DNA from: a virus
Taxonomy: Duplodnaviria; Caudoviricetes
Virus record (IMG/VR): IMGVR_UViG_3300032225_001933
Location: 1-42,853 of that record
Length of the DNA: 42,853 nucleotides
Direction: 5' to 3' (one strand)
Shown: positions 8,328 to 18,262 of the stretch, piece after piece
Numbering within the stretch: the stretch's first letter is position 1
Layout: every line of letters begins with the position of its first letter
The notes under the pieces: generated by a model
Databases searched by the model: none
What the model was told of the DNA's origin: nothing
What the model saw: only the letters and a program-made list of their open reading frames with translations
Position numbers and translations under genes: made by a program

Positions 8328-11300
8328 TTAGGCTACTCTATACGATCCTTGTGTTAAAGTTGTACCTACTTTTGAACCATCCATATTAATAGTTGTGTTT
8401 TTATTATACAACTTATCAATAGATGATTTTACATCATTAATAGCTGTTATCATTGGTGTTAAATCAATACTTGGTTGAATTGATTCATTTTTTGTACCAG
8501 GGGCTACTGCTGTTGTTGTAGTAATAGATGCTGGTTCAGTGGTTATTTCTCCTCCTCCAATAACATCTGTTATTGTATCAAATATACCTCCAAGGAAACC
8601 AGTAATACCACCTCCCCCACTAACTTCTGCTAATTTTTCTAATTTAGACATATCTAAATTATTTAAAGCAGATGAAACTTGTATTAATGCCCCAGCCATT
8701 GTTTGAAGAGATAAAGCTGCTTTTTCAATTCCTGCCCCAGAATCAGATATACTTTGTAACATTTCTGCTGGACCTCCTCCTATACTCATTAAGAAGCTTC
8801 CTATTCCTAAAGCTATCATACTATCACTTAATTTACTAAGTGCTGGAGATAATGCTTCTAATTTGGATGAATCAATATTGGTAAATTTTTCCATTGACTC
8901 AGCAAATGACTTAAATGAAGTAGATGCTACTTGAAGTTGATCACTAGAAGCAGCAATATCTTTAATCATATCTACTGGGCTACTTCCTCCTAATAGATTT
9001 CCTAAAGCAGATAATACACCACCTGCTCCTAGATACATTATTGCTTCTCCTATTGTTTTTAATGAAGGAGCTACAGCATCTAATTTAGATGCATCTAATT
9101 CACTTAATTGTTGGAATAATTGAGCTATACCTGCACCTCCTTCTGATACTGCTTTTAATCCTTCTCCCAATATAAACATAGCTCCACCTAATGCTATTAA
9201 AGCTAATATACCAGCTCCAAATACCATAGCTCCTATACCAGTAAACATTAAGGCACCTAATCCCATTACTGCTGCTCCAAATATTAATAAACCAGCGGCT
9301 GCTGCTAATATATTTTCCATTTTAACTTCAGCTAATAAACTTAAAGCATATGAAAATGGTATTAAAGCAGCACCTAATGCCGCTATTGCTACAGCACCCA
9401 TAAGCATTAATGGCATCATAGAACCAAGTATTCCTCCTGCTATACCTAAACCTATTAATGCTACACCTGCTTTAGCCATATCTTCCCACTTAACTTCAGA
9501 AAACATTTGAAGTGCATATGCTGCTGGTATTAATGAGGCGCCTAGTAAAGCTATTGCTATAGCTCCCATTATTAATTCTCCTGCCATTCCTCCTAATATA
9601 GATCCAGCAATTCCCAATCCTATTAATGTTACGCCTGCTTTAGCTAAATCTTCCCAACTTACATCAGCAAACATTTGAAATGCATATGCTGCTGGTATTA
9701 ATGAGGCACCTAATAAAGCAATAGAAACTGCTGATTTTACTATGTCACCCCATGATACGTTTTTAGAAAATGCTGCTATACCTTTACCAATTCCACCTAA
9801 TGTTTTTTCTATTAATGTGCCATTAACTAATTGTAATAATAATAATCCAGGAACACTAATAGCAAATAAATTTAAAGCAATACCACCTGCCATTAATTTA
9901 AGTATATCACCAAATGAAACCTTTTTACCAAAATTAGCAATACCGGTTCCTATACCTGTCATTGCCTTTTGGAATTTATCTCCATTAACTAATTCAATTA
10001 ATTTGGCACCTACAACACCAGGAATCATTGTTATAAGACCTACTGATGCTGAGATTAAAGCTAATGATCCTAATAATACTTTACCTGAACCCATTTCACT
10101 AATACCTGCTGCTAAGCCAGATAATGAATCTTTTAATTTCTTACCATTAATTTGTTCAATTGCTTTAGCACCTACAACTCCAGGTATCATTGTTGTTAAA
10201 CCTACTGCTATTATAGGTAATGCTAAAGCACCTATTAATGTTTTACCGGATCCCATCTCTCCTATACCATCTGCAATAGCCTTTAAATTGTCTTTTAATT
10301 TTTTAGTATTAATAGATTCAATTATTTTAGCAGCTATTACCCCAGGTATCATAGCAGTCAATCCTATTGCTGCTATTCCTAAATTTAAAGCTCCTAATAC
10401 TATATTGCCTTTTCCAAAAGATTGAATTCCTTCAGATATATTGCTTAATGATTTTTTTAATTTTTCACTATTGATTTGTGAAATTACTTTAGCAGCTATA
10501 GCTCCAGGTATCATTATTGCTAATCCTGTTGCTGCTAAAGCTAAATTTAAAGCCCCTAATGCTATATTTCCCTCACCAAACGACTGAATTCCAGCCGCTA
10601 TACCTTCCATTGCTTTTTGGAATTTTTTACCATCAATTTGAGTGATGATTTTTGCCCCAATAGCTCCAGGAATCATTGCTGTTAATCCTACTGCTGCTAC
10701 TACCATATTTGCAGCACCTAATAATAAGTTAGCTTTACCAAATGATTCAATTCCACTTGATATTGCTTTTAATGATTCTTTAAGTTTCTTACCATCTATA
10801 CTGCTGAGTATTTTAGCACCAATAGCACCTGGTATCATTGCTGTTAAACCAGCGGATGCTACTACTAGGTTTAATGAACCTAATAATACATTATTTTTAC
10901 CAAATTCAACAAGTCCGGATGCTATACCTTTTAATGCTTCTTTTACTTTCTTACCATCAATGGTATCAAGTATTTTAGCGCCTATAGCTCCAGGTATCAT
11001 TGCTGTTAAACCAATAGATGCTGGTATTAAGTTTAATGCTCCTAAGAATACTTTTACATCAGCGAATTCTTTAAGACCCGCTGCTATATCTTTCATTTTA
11101 GCTTTAAAACTCTTACCACCACCACCTTTACCTAAAACATCAGCTTTTCCAACAGTTTTTTCTGTTTTATCTCCTATTCCTTCAGGTCCAGCTTCTGTTA
11201 GTTTTTCTCCTATTTCTTTACCTTTTGATTTACCACCAGAAAATATTCCTTTTACTTTATTTGTAAGTCCATCTAATCCTTTTCCAGAAAAAGCCTCCAT

Positions 11301-14300
11301 AATTCCCTTTCCAATACCAGTTACAGAACTAAGAACGCTATTAAATCCAGCAACCATTTTAGGTAAATAACCTAAAGCAACAAGACCTACTAATGGATAT
11401 AAAATATACCAATGACTTAATAAATCTGATACTTTTTCTGCAATCCATGATACGGCATTAAGTATAGGGCTAAATACGCTTAAAAGTTTCATTGCTACTC
11501 CAACCATATTTGCTAGAGCATCTAATAATTGTCCTACAGGACCAGCTACAAGATTACCAATGAGATCTTTTAATTTTGTCATTGCATCCGCAAACTTATC
11601 TTGAGCGGAACGTTGTTGTTCTTGATATTGGATATATTCTGAAGCAGACATATTTTTTCTCTTCATTTCTTCCAGCTGTTCCTTATTAAGGGTAGCTGCT
11701 TCTGCTCCATATTTGTTTACAGCTTCTTGTTTCATCAACATTTCAGCCATTTCGTCTCTACTCATACCAAAAGCTTGTGCTAATGATTGTTGAGCAAGAA
11801 CATTCATATGTTGGAAGTCATTTAGTGTACCTACCTGACTTTGTATTTCTTTTGTTAATGCTAATTGATCTCCTGATAATGCTGCTGCTCTAGCTTTTTC
11901 TAGATTCAATTGCTTACCAGTCATCAATTCCGCTTTTAATTCATTTTCAATTGAAGATTCCCAATTTAATAATGAATCACCTATTTTATCTATTGTTTCT
12001 AGATTAGTACCTAATTTTTTAGCTTCAACTACAGCGGAAGCTAATGCTTTAGGATTACCTTGGAATTTTACTAATGTACCTGCACTTAATTTAGAGATGT
12101 CTTTCATTACATCTTTCATCTCAAAGTGGGTATTAGTAGCTAACATAGCATTAAATGCACCTTCTCTTATACTATCTGTATAAGCTTCAGTTGACATTCC
12201 TGCTGCTGCAGATGCTTGAGCTAATTTACCTGCTTCTTGTGCAGATAAGCCTGTTAATTCTGTTAATTTAGCAAATGTAGCTAATTCTTCATTACTATAT
12301 TTAACAGATATACCCATTTCCTGAGATAATTCAGCTTGGGCTTTTAATAATCTATCTGTATTAATGAAAGTATCTCCTGTTGATCGAGCAAAGGCAGCAA
12401 CATCTTGTCTTATATCTTCTGCTGCATTTTTACTAATACCAAAGGATTTACCTAATTGAGTTACTTGTTTATCAGCTTCAAAACCAGCTTCAATAAGAGC
12501 AGTAATAGCAACAAGAGGATCAGTAAATAATTTTGTAATACCTTTTCCTGCTTCTTTAGCAAAAACAGTTAATGAATTAAGTTTATTTCCAAAAGTATTA
12601 AGACCATTAACTGCTTCTTGTTTTACTCTATTAGATTTTACATCTAAATCAAGTAATCGTTTTTCAAGTTCAATTTGATCTATTAGTCTATTAGTAAGTT
12701 GATCTTGAAGATCATTTCTTTCTTTTTCAATTTCAATTAGTGCTTCTTTAACTTCTTTACTATTTAAAGCACCATCAACTAATTTTTTATTGTATTCATC
12801 AACAGCAGTAGTAGCATCACTTATATTAAGATATTTAGATAACCCACTACCAAATTTAGATAATAATTCACCTGCTCCTTTAGCTATACCTCCTAAATTA
12901 GATCTAGTATCAGATATTTGTTTTGATAAATTTAATTCTTCTTGTAAAAGAGGAATACCGGATTTTAAGGTTTGTTGAGCATTAATTAATAATGATTGTT
13001 CTTTTTCAAGTTCTTTTAACCTAGCTCTTTCACGAGCAGTTAATTCATCTGCTGATTTAGCTCTTAATCTATCAAGAGCAGATTGATATTTAAAAGCACC
13101 ATTTATATCCTCATTTACTGCTAATCTTCTAATAACAAACTCTAATTCCTTTTGCTGAAGTCCAATATTTTCTTTAAGCTTCTTAAATTGTTTGTCTGTT
13201 AAATCATTAAGCCCTTGTTGTTGGTAGTTTATATCTTGGGCTGTTTTTACAAGACTATCAAAAGCTTTATTTCCTGCTGATAGAACTACATTTTGGTTTT
13301 TTAATTCAGCAACAATATCTCGAAGAGTACTATATAAATAATTGGCATTACTTGTAATATTATTGAAATCATCATTGATTTTTTTCAATAATTTTTCAAG
13401 TTTTGCAGTATCACCACCAGCATTTCTAATTTCTGTATCAATATCAACTGCGAATCCACCAACTTGTTGTAATTGTTTATTTGCTAATTTAATAGCTTCT
13501 TCAAATTCTTGAGCTGTTTTAGGATTTGGAACATTAACATTACCAGGTAAATTAACACCTGTACTTGGTGGAGGTGTTGGGGGTGCAATTGCTGGTTGTG
13601 GTGTAGTACCTGTATTTGTAGGGCTAGTGGTTGATGGAGGGGGAGGTGCACCTGTAGTAGTTGTAGCTACAGTTGCAGGAGTTTGTGCAGCAATAGGAGA
13701 TGTTATTCCTAATTGTTTTTTTATTTCAGAATAAATTAAAGTTGCAGTTGTTGCTAACTTAGTTAATAATCCTGATTTATCTTTGTCTAATGTAACACCT
13801 AATGAAGGTGAACGCTCATATTTCTTTAATGCCTTTTCAATTCCCTCTTTTTGTATTGCGATTAATTGCGTCTTATCAAATGGGAATGAACTTTCAGCAG
13901 GACCTCCAGCAGTACCCCCTGCTTCTGCTGTTACTGTTGGATTTATAACATTAACTTCAGGTGTTACAGTTAATACTGGTGTTTGTACCTGTATTTCTGG
14001 TGTAACAGTTAATGGAGATAATGCTGCTAATTGTATATTAGGTGTTACTTCTAATGGTTCAGTTGGTGGTACCAACTTAAAGTTAGGAGTAACAAATAAC
14101 GGATCTAATACTGGTTTTTGTAACAAACGAGGTGTTACAAATAATGGTTCAGATTGTGGTACTAATTGTAAATTAGGAGTAACACTAAGCGGAGCTAACG
14201 GATCAGCTACCACTAAATTTGGTGTTACTGTCTGTTGAGGAGCTTCTGTTATTACAAAATTAGGAGTTACTGATATTGGGTTAGCTTCAGCAACTAGGTT

Positions 14301-17111
14301 TGGTGTAACAGTTAACTGTGGTATTGGTCCTAATACGAGATTAGGTACTACAGTTTGTACTGGTGCCTCTGCAACAGCTATATTTGGAGTTACTGTTAAT
14401 TGTGGAGCAACATCTGCTGCTAAATTAGGAGTAACATTTATTTGTGGTACAGGACCTAATACAAGATTAGGTACTACTGTTAATTGAGGTGCTTCGGTAG
14501 CTACAAAATTAGGTGTAACAACTATTGGTGTTACTTCAGCAACAAGATTTGGTACAACTGTTAATTGTGGAATAGGACCTAATACAAGATTAGGTATAAC
14601 ACTTAACTGTGGTATAGATCCTACTACGAAATTAGGTGTTACTATTTGTGCTGGGGCCTCTACTACTACAAAATTAGGAGTAACATTTATTGGCGAGGCC
14701 TCAGCAACAAGATTAGGTACTACAGTAAGTTGTGGTATTGGTCCTAACACTAAGTTAGGTACTACTGTCTGTACCGGTGATGGTTCTAATGCTAGATTAG
14801 GTGTAACCATCAATTGTGGTGTTATACCTAATGATAAATTAGGTATTACAGGTAACTGTGGTACAGGACCTACTACTAGATTAGGTGTAACTGTTTGCTG
14901 TGGAGCATCTGTTACTGTTATATTTGGAGTAACAACCAATGGAGTTGCTTCAGCAACCAGATTTGGTGTTACAGTAAGTTGTGGGATCGGTCCTAATATA
15001 AAATTAGGTATTACTGTCTGTGCAGGAGCGTCTGCTACTACAAGATTTGGTGTAACTGTTAATTGCGGTGCCGATTCTATTGCTAAATTTGGTACTACAC
15101 TTAACTGAGGTATTGGTCCTAATACAAGATTAGGTATAACTGTTTGAACAGGTGATGGAGCTAATGCAAGATTAGGATTAACTAATAATGGAGGTGTTGG
15201 ACCTACAATAAAGTTAGGTATAACTGCTAATGGTGATGATGGTCCTAAAGTAAGATTTGGTGTAACAGTCTGTACAGGAACATCAGCTAATGCAATATTA
15301 GGTGTTACTGTTAATTGTGGTACAGGTGCTACTGTTAAATTAGGAATAATTGTTTGTTGTGGAGCCGGAGCTACAACAAAGTTTGGTGTTACTGCTAATT
15401 GTGGTGATGCATCTAATACTAGATTTGGTGCTACTGTTAGTTGTGGTATAGGTCCTAATACTAAATTAGGTACAACAGTTTGTACAGGAGCATCAGCTAA
15501 CGCTAAGTTAGGGTTAACTAATAGTTGTGGTGCAGGACCAGCAGTAAAGTTAGGTACTACTGATAATTGAGGTACAGGGCCTAATACAAGATTAGGTGTA
15601 ACTGTCAATTGAGGTGCAGCATCTACAGCTAAATTAGGTGTAATCGTCTGTAAAGGTGCTTGTAATACTTGTATATTTGGAACTACAGTTTGTGGTTCTG
15701 TAGGTAATATTTGAATATTTGGTGTAACAGTTAAAGGTGCTAATGGATCTGCTAATACTAAATTAGGAGTAACAGTTTGTGCAGGAGCATCTGTAACAAT
15801 AAAGTTCGGTGTAACTGATAATGGTGTTGATTTAACAACTAAGTCTGGAGTTACAGTAAGTTGTGATACAGGACCTAATACTAAGTTAGGAGTTATTGTT
15901 AATGGAGCTAACGGGCTAGCTAACACCAAATTAGGTGTAACTGTCTGTTGCTTTGGTTCAGTAACAATAATATTAGGAGTAACAGTTAACTGCGGAGTAG
16001 CATCTAATACAAGATTAGGTGTTACTGTTTGTACAGGAGCAGGTAATAATTGTATATTAGGTGTTACTACTTGTGGTTGTATATCTGCTAAAGCAATGTT
16101 TGGTGTAACTAATAATTGAGGTGTTGCACCTAATACTACATCCGGTGTTATAGTTTGTTGTGGAGCAGGTAATACCTGTATATTTGGTGTTACTGTTTGT
16201 AATGGTGCTGCCTCTACTGCTAAATTTGGTACTACATTTTGTGTAGGAGCAGGTGCTACTGCTAAATTAGGAATTACAGTTAATTGTGGTGTTGCACCTA
16301 ATACTAGATTAGGAGTAACAGTAAGTTGTGGTATTGGTCCTAATGCAAAATTAGGAGTAACAACTAAAACTGGTGGTGTTTCAACACTTAATTCGGGTTT
16401 AATTGGACTAAGTGTTGGTGTTACAACAGTTAATTTTGGTGTTACTGTAGCTTCCGGCGCTATAACATCTAATTTAGGTTCTAATGGTGCTAATGTAGGT
16501 GTTATTACATCTAATGTAGGTGATATTGGTCCTAATGTAGGAGTTGTTACTGTTACATTTGGCGTTATATCAGCTGTTACTTCAGGTATTTTACCTATTT
16601 TTACCACTGGTGTAACAGTTACCTCAGGTGTTTCAACCTTTAATTTAGGTGTAACTATTAATTCCGGTATATCAGCTAGTTTTAATTTAGGCGTAACTGT
16701 TAATTCAGGTACTTCTACATTAATATTTGGTGTTACTGTTTGTGTAGTTGTTTCCGGTAGAGTAGGCGCTTTTACTACTGGTTTTACCGCAGTAGTTGCT
16801 GATAATTTATCCTTTAATTTAACAGATTCAGTTAAGCTTTTATTATAATCTAATGTTTCTTTATTTAATGATTTAGATAAATTAACAATAGATGTTAAGG
16901 TTTCAGAACGTTTTTCTAATGATCCTTCAATCTTTATAGATGATTCAACCAGCTGCTTAGATAAGCTCACTAATTCTTTTTCATCATCTTTTAACTGTTC
17001 AACAGATGTGGATAACTTTTCATAAGTACTAAATAACTCATTAGCAGCCTCATTTTGTTGTTGGATCAGTCGTAGCCTTTCTTGTTCTTGTTCTGGAGTT
17101 AAATCCGGCAT
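8328..17111 (-). CDS. Tape measure protein with a large Pro/Val/Thr repeat insertion
   Basis: 2927 aa, directly after tube and chaperone genes; helical Ala/Leu/Lys-rich middle, Gly/Ala hydrophobic repeats, C-terminal INMDGSKVG ending typical of TMPs. Confidence 0.85.
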   Translation of the reverse strand: MPDLTPEQEQERLRLIQQQNEAANELFSTYEKLSTSVEQLKDDEKELVSLSKQLVESSIKIEGSLEKRSETLTSIVNLSKSLNKETLDYNKSLTESVKLKDKLSATTAVKPVVKAPTLPETTTQTVTPNINVEVPELTVTPKLKLADIPELIVTPKLKVETPEVTVTPVVKIGKIPEVTADITPNVTVTTPTLGPISPTLDVITPTLAPLEPKLDVIAPEATVTPKLTVVTPTLSPIKPELSVETPPVLVVTPNFALGPIPQLTVTPNLVLGATPQLTVIPNLAVAPAPTQNVVPNLAVEAAPLQTVTPNIQVLPAPQQTITPDVVLGATPQLLVTPNIALADIQPQVVTPNIQLLPAPVQTVTPNLVLDATPQLTVTPNIIVTEPKQQTVTPNLVLASPLAPLTITPNLVLGPVSQLTVTPDLVVKSTPLSVTPNFIVTDAPAQTVTPNLVLADPLAPLTVTPNIQILPTEPQTVVPNIQVLQAPLQTITPNLAVDAAPQLTVTPNLVLGPVPQLSVVPNFTAGPAPQLLVNPNLALADAPVQTVVPNLVLGPIPQLTVAPNLVLDASPQLAVTPNFVVAPAPQQTIIPNLTVAPVPQLTVTPNIALADVPVQTVTPNLTLGPSSPLAVIPNFIVGPTPPLLVNPNLALAPSPVQTVIPNLVLGPIPQLSVVPNLAIESAPQLTVTPNLVVADAPAQTVIPNFILGPIPQLTVTPNLVAEATPLVVTPNITVTDAPQQTVTPNLVVGPVPQLPVIPNLSLGITPQLMVTPNLALEPSPVQTVVPNLVLGPIPQLTVVPNLVAEASPINVTPNFVVVEAPAQIVTPNFVVGSIPQLSVIPNLVLGPIPQLTVVPNLVAEVTPIVVTPNFVATEAPQLTVVPNLVLGPVPQINVTPNLAADVAPQLTVTPNIAVAEAPVQTVVPNLVLGPIPQLTVTPNLVAEANPISVTPNFVITEAPQQTVTPNLVVADPLAPLSVTPNLQLVPQSEPLFVTPRLLQKPVLDPLFVTPNFKLVPPTEPLEVTPNIQLAALSPLTVTPEIQVQTPVLTVTPEVNVINPTVTAEAGGTAGGPAESSFPFDKTQLIAIQKEGIEKALKKYERSPSLGVTLDKDKSGLLTKLATTATLIYSEIKKQLGITSPIAAQTPATVATTTTGAPPPPSTTSPTNTGTTPQPAIAPPTPPPSTGVNLPGNVNVPNPKTAQEFEEAIKLANKQLQQVGGFAVDIDTEIRNAGGDTAKLEKLLKKINDDFNNITSNANYLYSTLRDIVAELKNQNVVLSAGNKAFDSLVKTAQDINYQQQGLNDLTDKQFKKLKENIGLQQKELEFVIRRLAVNEDINGAFKYQSALDRLRAKSADELTARERARLKELEKEQSLLINAQQTLKSGIPLLQEELNLSKQISDTRSNLGGIAKGAGELLSKFGSGLSKYLNISDATTAVDEYNKKLVDGALNSKEVKEALIEIEKERNDLQDQLTNRLIDQIELEKRLLDLDVKSNRVKQEAVNGLNTFGNKLNSLTVFAKEAGKGITKLFTDPLVAITALIEAGFEADKQVTQLGKSFGISKNAAEDIRQDVAAFARSTGDTFINTDRLLKAQAELSQEMGISVKYSNEELATFAKLTELTGLSAQEAGKLAQASAAAGMSTEAYTDSIREGAFNAMLATNTHFEMKDVMKDISKLSAGTLVKFQGNPKALASAVVEAKKLGTNLETIDKIGDSLLNWESSIENELKAELMTGKQLNLEKARAAALSGDQLALTKEIQSQVGTLNDFQHMNVLAQQSLAQAFGMSRDEMAEMLMKQEAVNKYGAEAATLNKEQLEEMKRKNMSASEYIQYQEQQRSAQDKFADAMTKLKDLIGNLVAGPVGQLLDALANMVGVAMKLLSVFSPILNAVSWIAEKVSDLLSHWYILYPLVGLVALGYLPKMVAGFNSVLSSVTGIGKGIMEAFSGKGLDGLTNKVKGIFSGGKSKGKEIGEKLTEAGPEGIGDKTEKTVGKADVLGKGGGGKSFKAKMKDIAAGLKEFADVKVFLGALNLIPASIGLTAMIPGAIGAKILDTIDGKKVKEALKGIASGLVEFGKNNVLLGSLNLVVASAGLTAMIPGAIGAKILSSIDGKKLKESLKAISSGIESFGKANLLLGAANMVVAAVGLTAMIPGAIGAKIITQIDGKKFQKAMEGIAAGIQSFGEGNIALGALNLALAATGLAIMIPGAIAAKVISQINSEKLKKSLSNISEGIQSFGKGNIVLGALNLGIAAIGLTAMIPGVIAAKIIESINTKKLKDNLKAIADGIGEMGSGKTLIGALALPIIAVGLTTMIPGVVGAKAIEQINGKKLKDSLSGLAAGISEMGSGKVLLGSLALISASVGLITMIPGVVGAKLIELVNGDKFQKAMTGIGTGIANFGKKVSFGDILKLMAGGIALNLFAISVPGLLLLQLVNGTLIEKTLGGIGKGIAAFSKNVSWGDIVKSAVSIALLGASLIPAAYAFQMFADVSWEDLAKAGVTLIGLGIAGSILGGMAGELIMGAIAIALLGASLIPAAYALQMFSEVKWEDMAKAGVALIGLGIAGGILGSMMPLMLMGAVAIAALGAALIPFSYALSLLAEVKMENILAAAAGLLIFGAAVMGLGALMFTGIGAMVFGAGILALIALGGAMFILGEGLKAVSEGGAGIAQLFQQLSELDASKLDAVAPSLKTIGEAIMYLGAGGVLSALGNLLGGSSPVDMIKDIAASSDQLQVASTSFKSFAESMEKFTNIDSSKLEALSPALSKLSDSMIALGIGSFLMSIGGGPAEMLQSISDSGAGIEKAALSLQTMAGALIQVSSALNNLDMSKLEKLAEVSGGGGITGFLGGIFDTITDVIGGGEITTEPASITTTTAVAPGTKNESIQPSIDLTPMITAINDVKSSIDKLYNKNTTINMDGSKVGTTLTQGSYRVA
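9300..11060 (-). repeat. TMP hydrophobic repeats: ~7 x 54 aa then ~3 x 56 aa
   Basis: GLxxMIPGxxxAK recurs about every 162 nt (~10019-10990); LIPxxYA recurs every 168 nt (9346, 9514, 9682). Confidence 0.85.
13935..16745 (-). repeat. ~14-aa Pro/Val/Thr repeat array (about 65-70 units) in the TMP
   Basis: Consensus QLTVTPNLVLGPxP visible throughout the translation; DNA copies are diverged. Unit count estimated from length. Confidence 0.95.
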
Positions 17112-17128
17112 ATTACAGTATTATGCAT

Positions 17129-17136
17129 ATAAATAT
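17129..17136 (-). promoter_or_regulatory. ATATTTAT motif (candidate late promoter)
   Basis: 17 nt before the TMP ATG, immediately after a hairpin. Confidence 0.6.
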
Positions 17137-17137
17137 T

Positions 17138-17164
17138 TAAAGCCGCTATTTTTTAGCGGCTTTA
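17138..17164 (-). terminator. Hairpin, probable terminator
   Basis: Perfect 11-bp inverted repeat TAAAGCCGCTA-N5-TAGCGGCTTTA overlapping the TAG of the gp51-like ORF. Confidence 0.65.
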
Positions 17165-17427
17165 GTTGTGTATGTGGGGTTAGGCTTTGATATATTGGGA
17201 CGAGCTAATTCACCTTTACTGCTACCATTTTTCAATGTTTTTTGTTGTTTTTCTGCTTCTTCTGCCTCTTTTTCATAGAACTCTTTAATTATATTAAATG
17301 TAGTTCTACGTAACCATAATGGCATATTATAGATAGTATCCCAATCATATCCACCTTTACCATGAAATACTATTTCATGAATTTGTTTGAATAGATATAT
17401 TCTATACTCCGGCGTCAGGCCAAAAAA
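17146..17427 (-). CDS. gp51-like tail/baseplate assembly chaperone extension, probably frameshift-expressed (not in ORF track)
   Basis: Open frame FFGLTPEYRIYLFKQIHEIVFHGKGGYDWDTIYNMPLWLRRTTFNIIKEFYEKEAEEAEK...AAKK*, 93 aa from the T7 run; its only ATG (17325) is at codon 35. Confidence 0.75.
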   Translation of the reverse strand, partial: FFGLTPEYRIYLFKQIHEIVFHGKGGYDWDTIYNMPLWLRRTTFNIIKEFYEKEAEEAEKQQKTLKNGSSKGELARPNISKPNPTYTTKAAKK

Positions 17428-18157
17428 AGTTAACTGAAATTGGTACAGTTATACCCTCCCCTGTATAATCTGTATCTTCAGGGAAATATTTTAAATCAAC
17501 ATCTGGAGATACTTTAGCATAGTACTCACGTAATGCTCTAGCTTCAACAGCTAATAAGTAATTATCTACAAACTCACGAATTGATTTTTGATCACGATCA
17601 CCATTAACTGAAGTGATAATGTGTTTCATTCTTGTTGTAACGTCTGTTGTAGCGGTTGGGTTTATTTTTTGTAAACCTTTAATTTCAGCATCGATTTTTT
17701 TCTCATCACCGTGTGTTAACAATTTAAATGTTATAACATTACCAGATTTTGGTAAACTGAATGTAAATTCATTTATACCTTTTTTCAATAATGTTTCATC
17801 TAATTGTTTTTCTTGTAATGTAGACAAATCGATAGATGCTTCTGTTTCTTGACCATTGTTAGAATACTTAAAAGTATAATCTTTACCATAGCCTAAAACA
17901 CGAGCTGCAATTAGAATTGCATTTTTATCGCCAATCAATAATTCATCATAATTGATAGGGGTAACAATAAGTGATTGTAATAATTTATCAATTACAACAC
18001 CTTGACGAATATAATTAGCATTAGTAAGAATATCTTCTTCCCTAGCTGTCATATATTTCATTTCTACTTCACCTTTTGCAAGTGGGGATTCTTTTGGATA
18101 CAATAAACCTTTTGAAGGTAATGAAACCTTTTCTGTCGGTAACTTTAATTCTGCCAT
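17402..18157 (-). CDS. T4 gp26-like baseplate hub assembly / tail assembly chaperone
   Basis: VSLPSKG...MKYMTAREEDIL...LLIGDKNAILIAARVLGYG and terminal VPISVNFFW; between tube and TMP. Confidence 0.75.
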   Translation of the reverse strand: MAELKLPTEKVSLPSKGLLYPKESPLAKGEVEMKYMTAREEDILTNANYIRQGVVIDKLLQSLIVTPINYDELLIGDKNAILIAARVLGYGKDYTFKYSNNGQETEASIDLSTLQEKQLDETLLKKGINEFTFSLPKSGNVITFKLLTHGDEKKIDAEIKGLQKINPTATTDVTTRMKHIITSVNGDRDQKSIREFVDNYLLAVEARALREYYAKVSPDVDLKYFPEDTDYTGEGITVPISVNFFWPDAGV

Positions 18158-18191
18158 AAACGTATTTTTTTATTTTTTATTTTGTGCGTAT

Positions 18192-18199
18192 ATAAATAT
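18192..18199 (-). promoter_or_regulatory. ATATTTAT motif (candidate late promoter)
   Basis: Intergenic, 34 nt before ATG 18157. Confidence 0.6.
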
Positions 18200-18208
18200 A
18201 TGCAAGAA

Positions 18209-18239
18209 GAAAGCACTCGCCAAAAAGACAAGTGCTTTC
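18209..18239 (-). terminator. Intrinsic terminator after the tail tube gene
   Basis: GAAAGCACT / AGTGCTTTC 9-bp stem, extendable by UGUC/GGCG G-U pairs on the minus-strand RNA, followed by UUCUU. Confidence 0.65.
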
Positions 18240-18262
18240 AAGAAAAGAAATATGAGAAGGAA

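Noticed and set aside
13935-16745. Possible CRISPR array or non-coding repeat
   Set aside because: Units are in-frame, vary at wobble positions and have no constant repeat with unique spacers.
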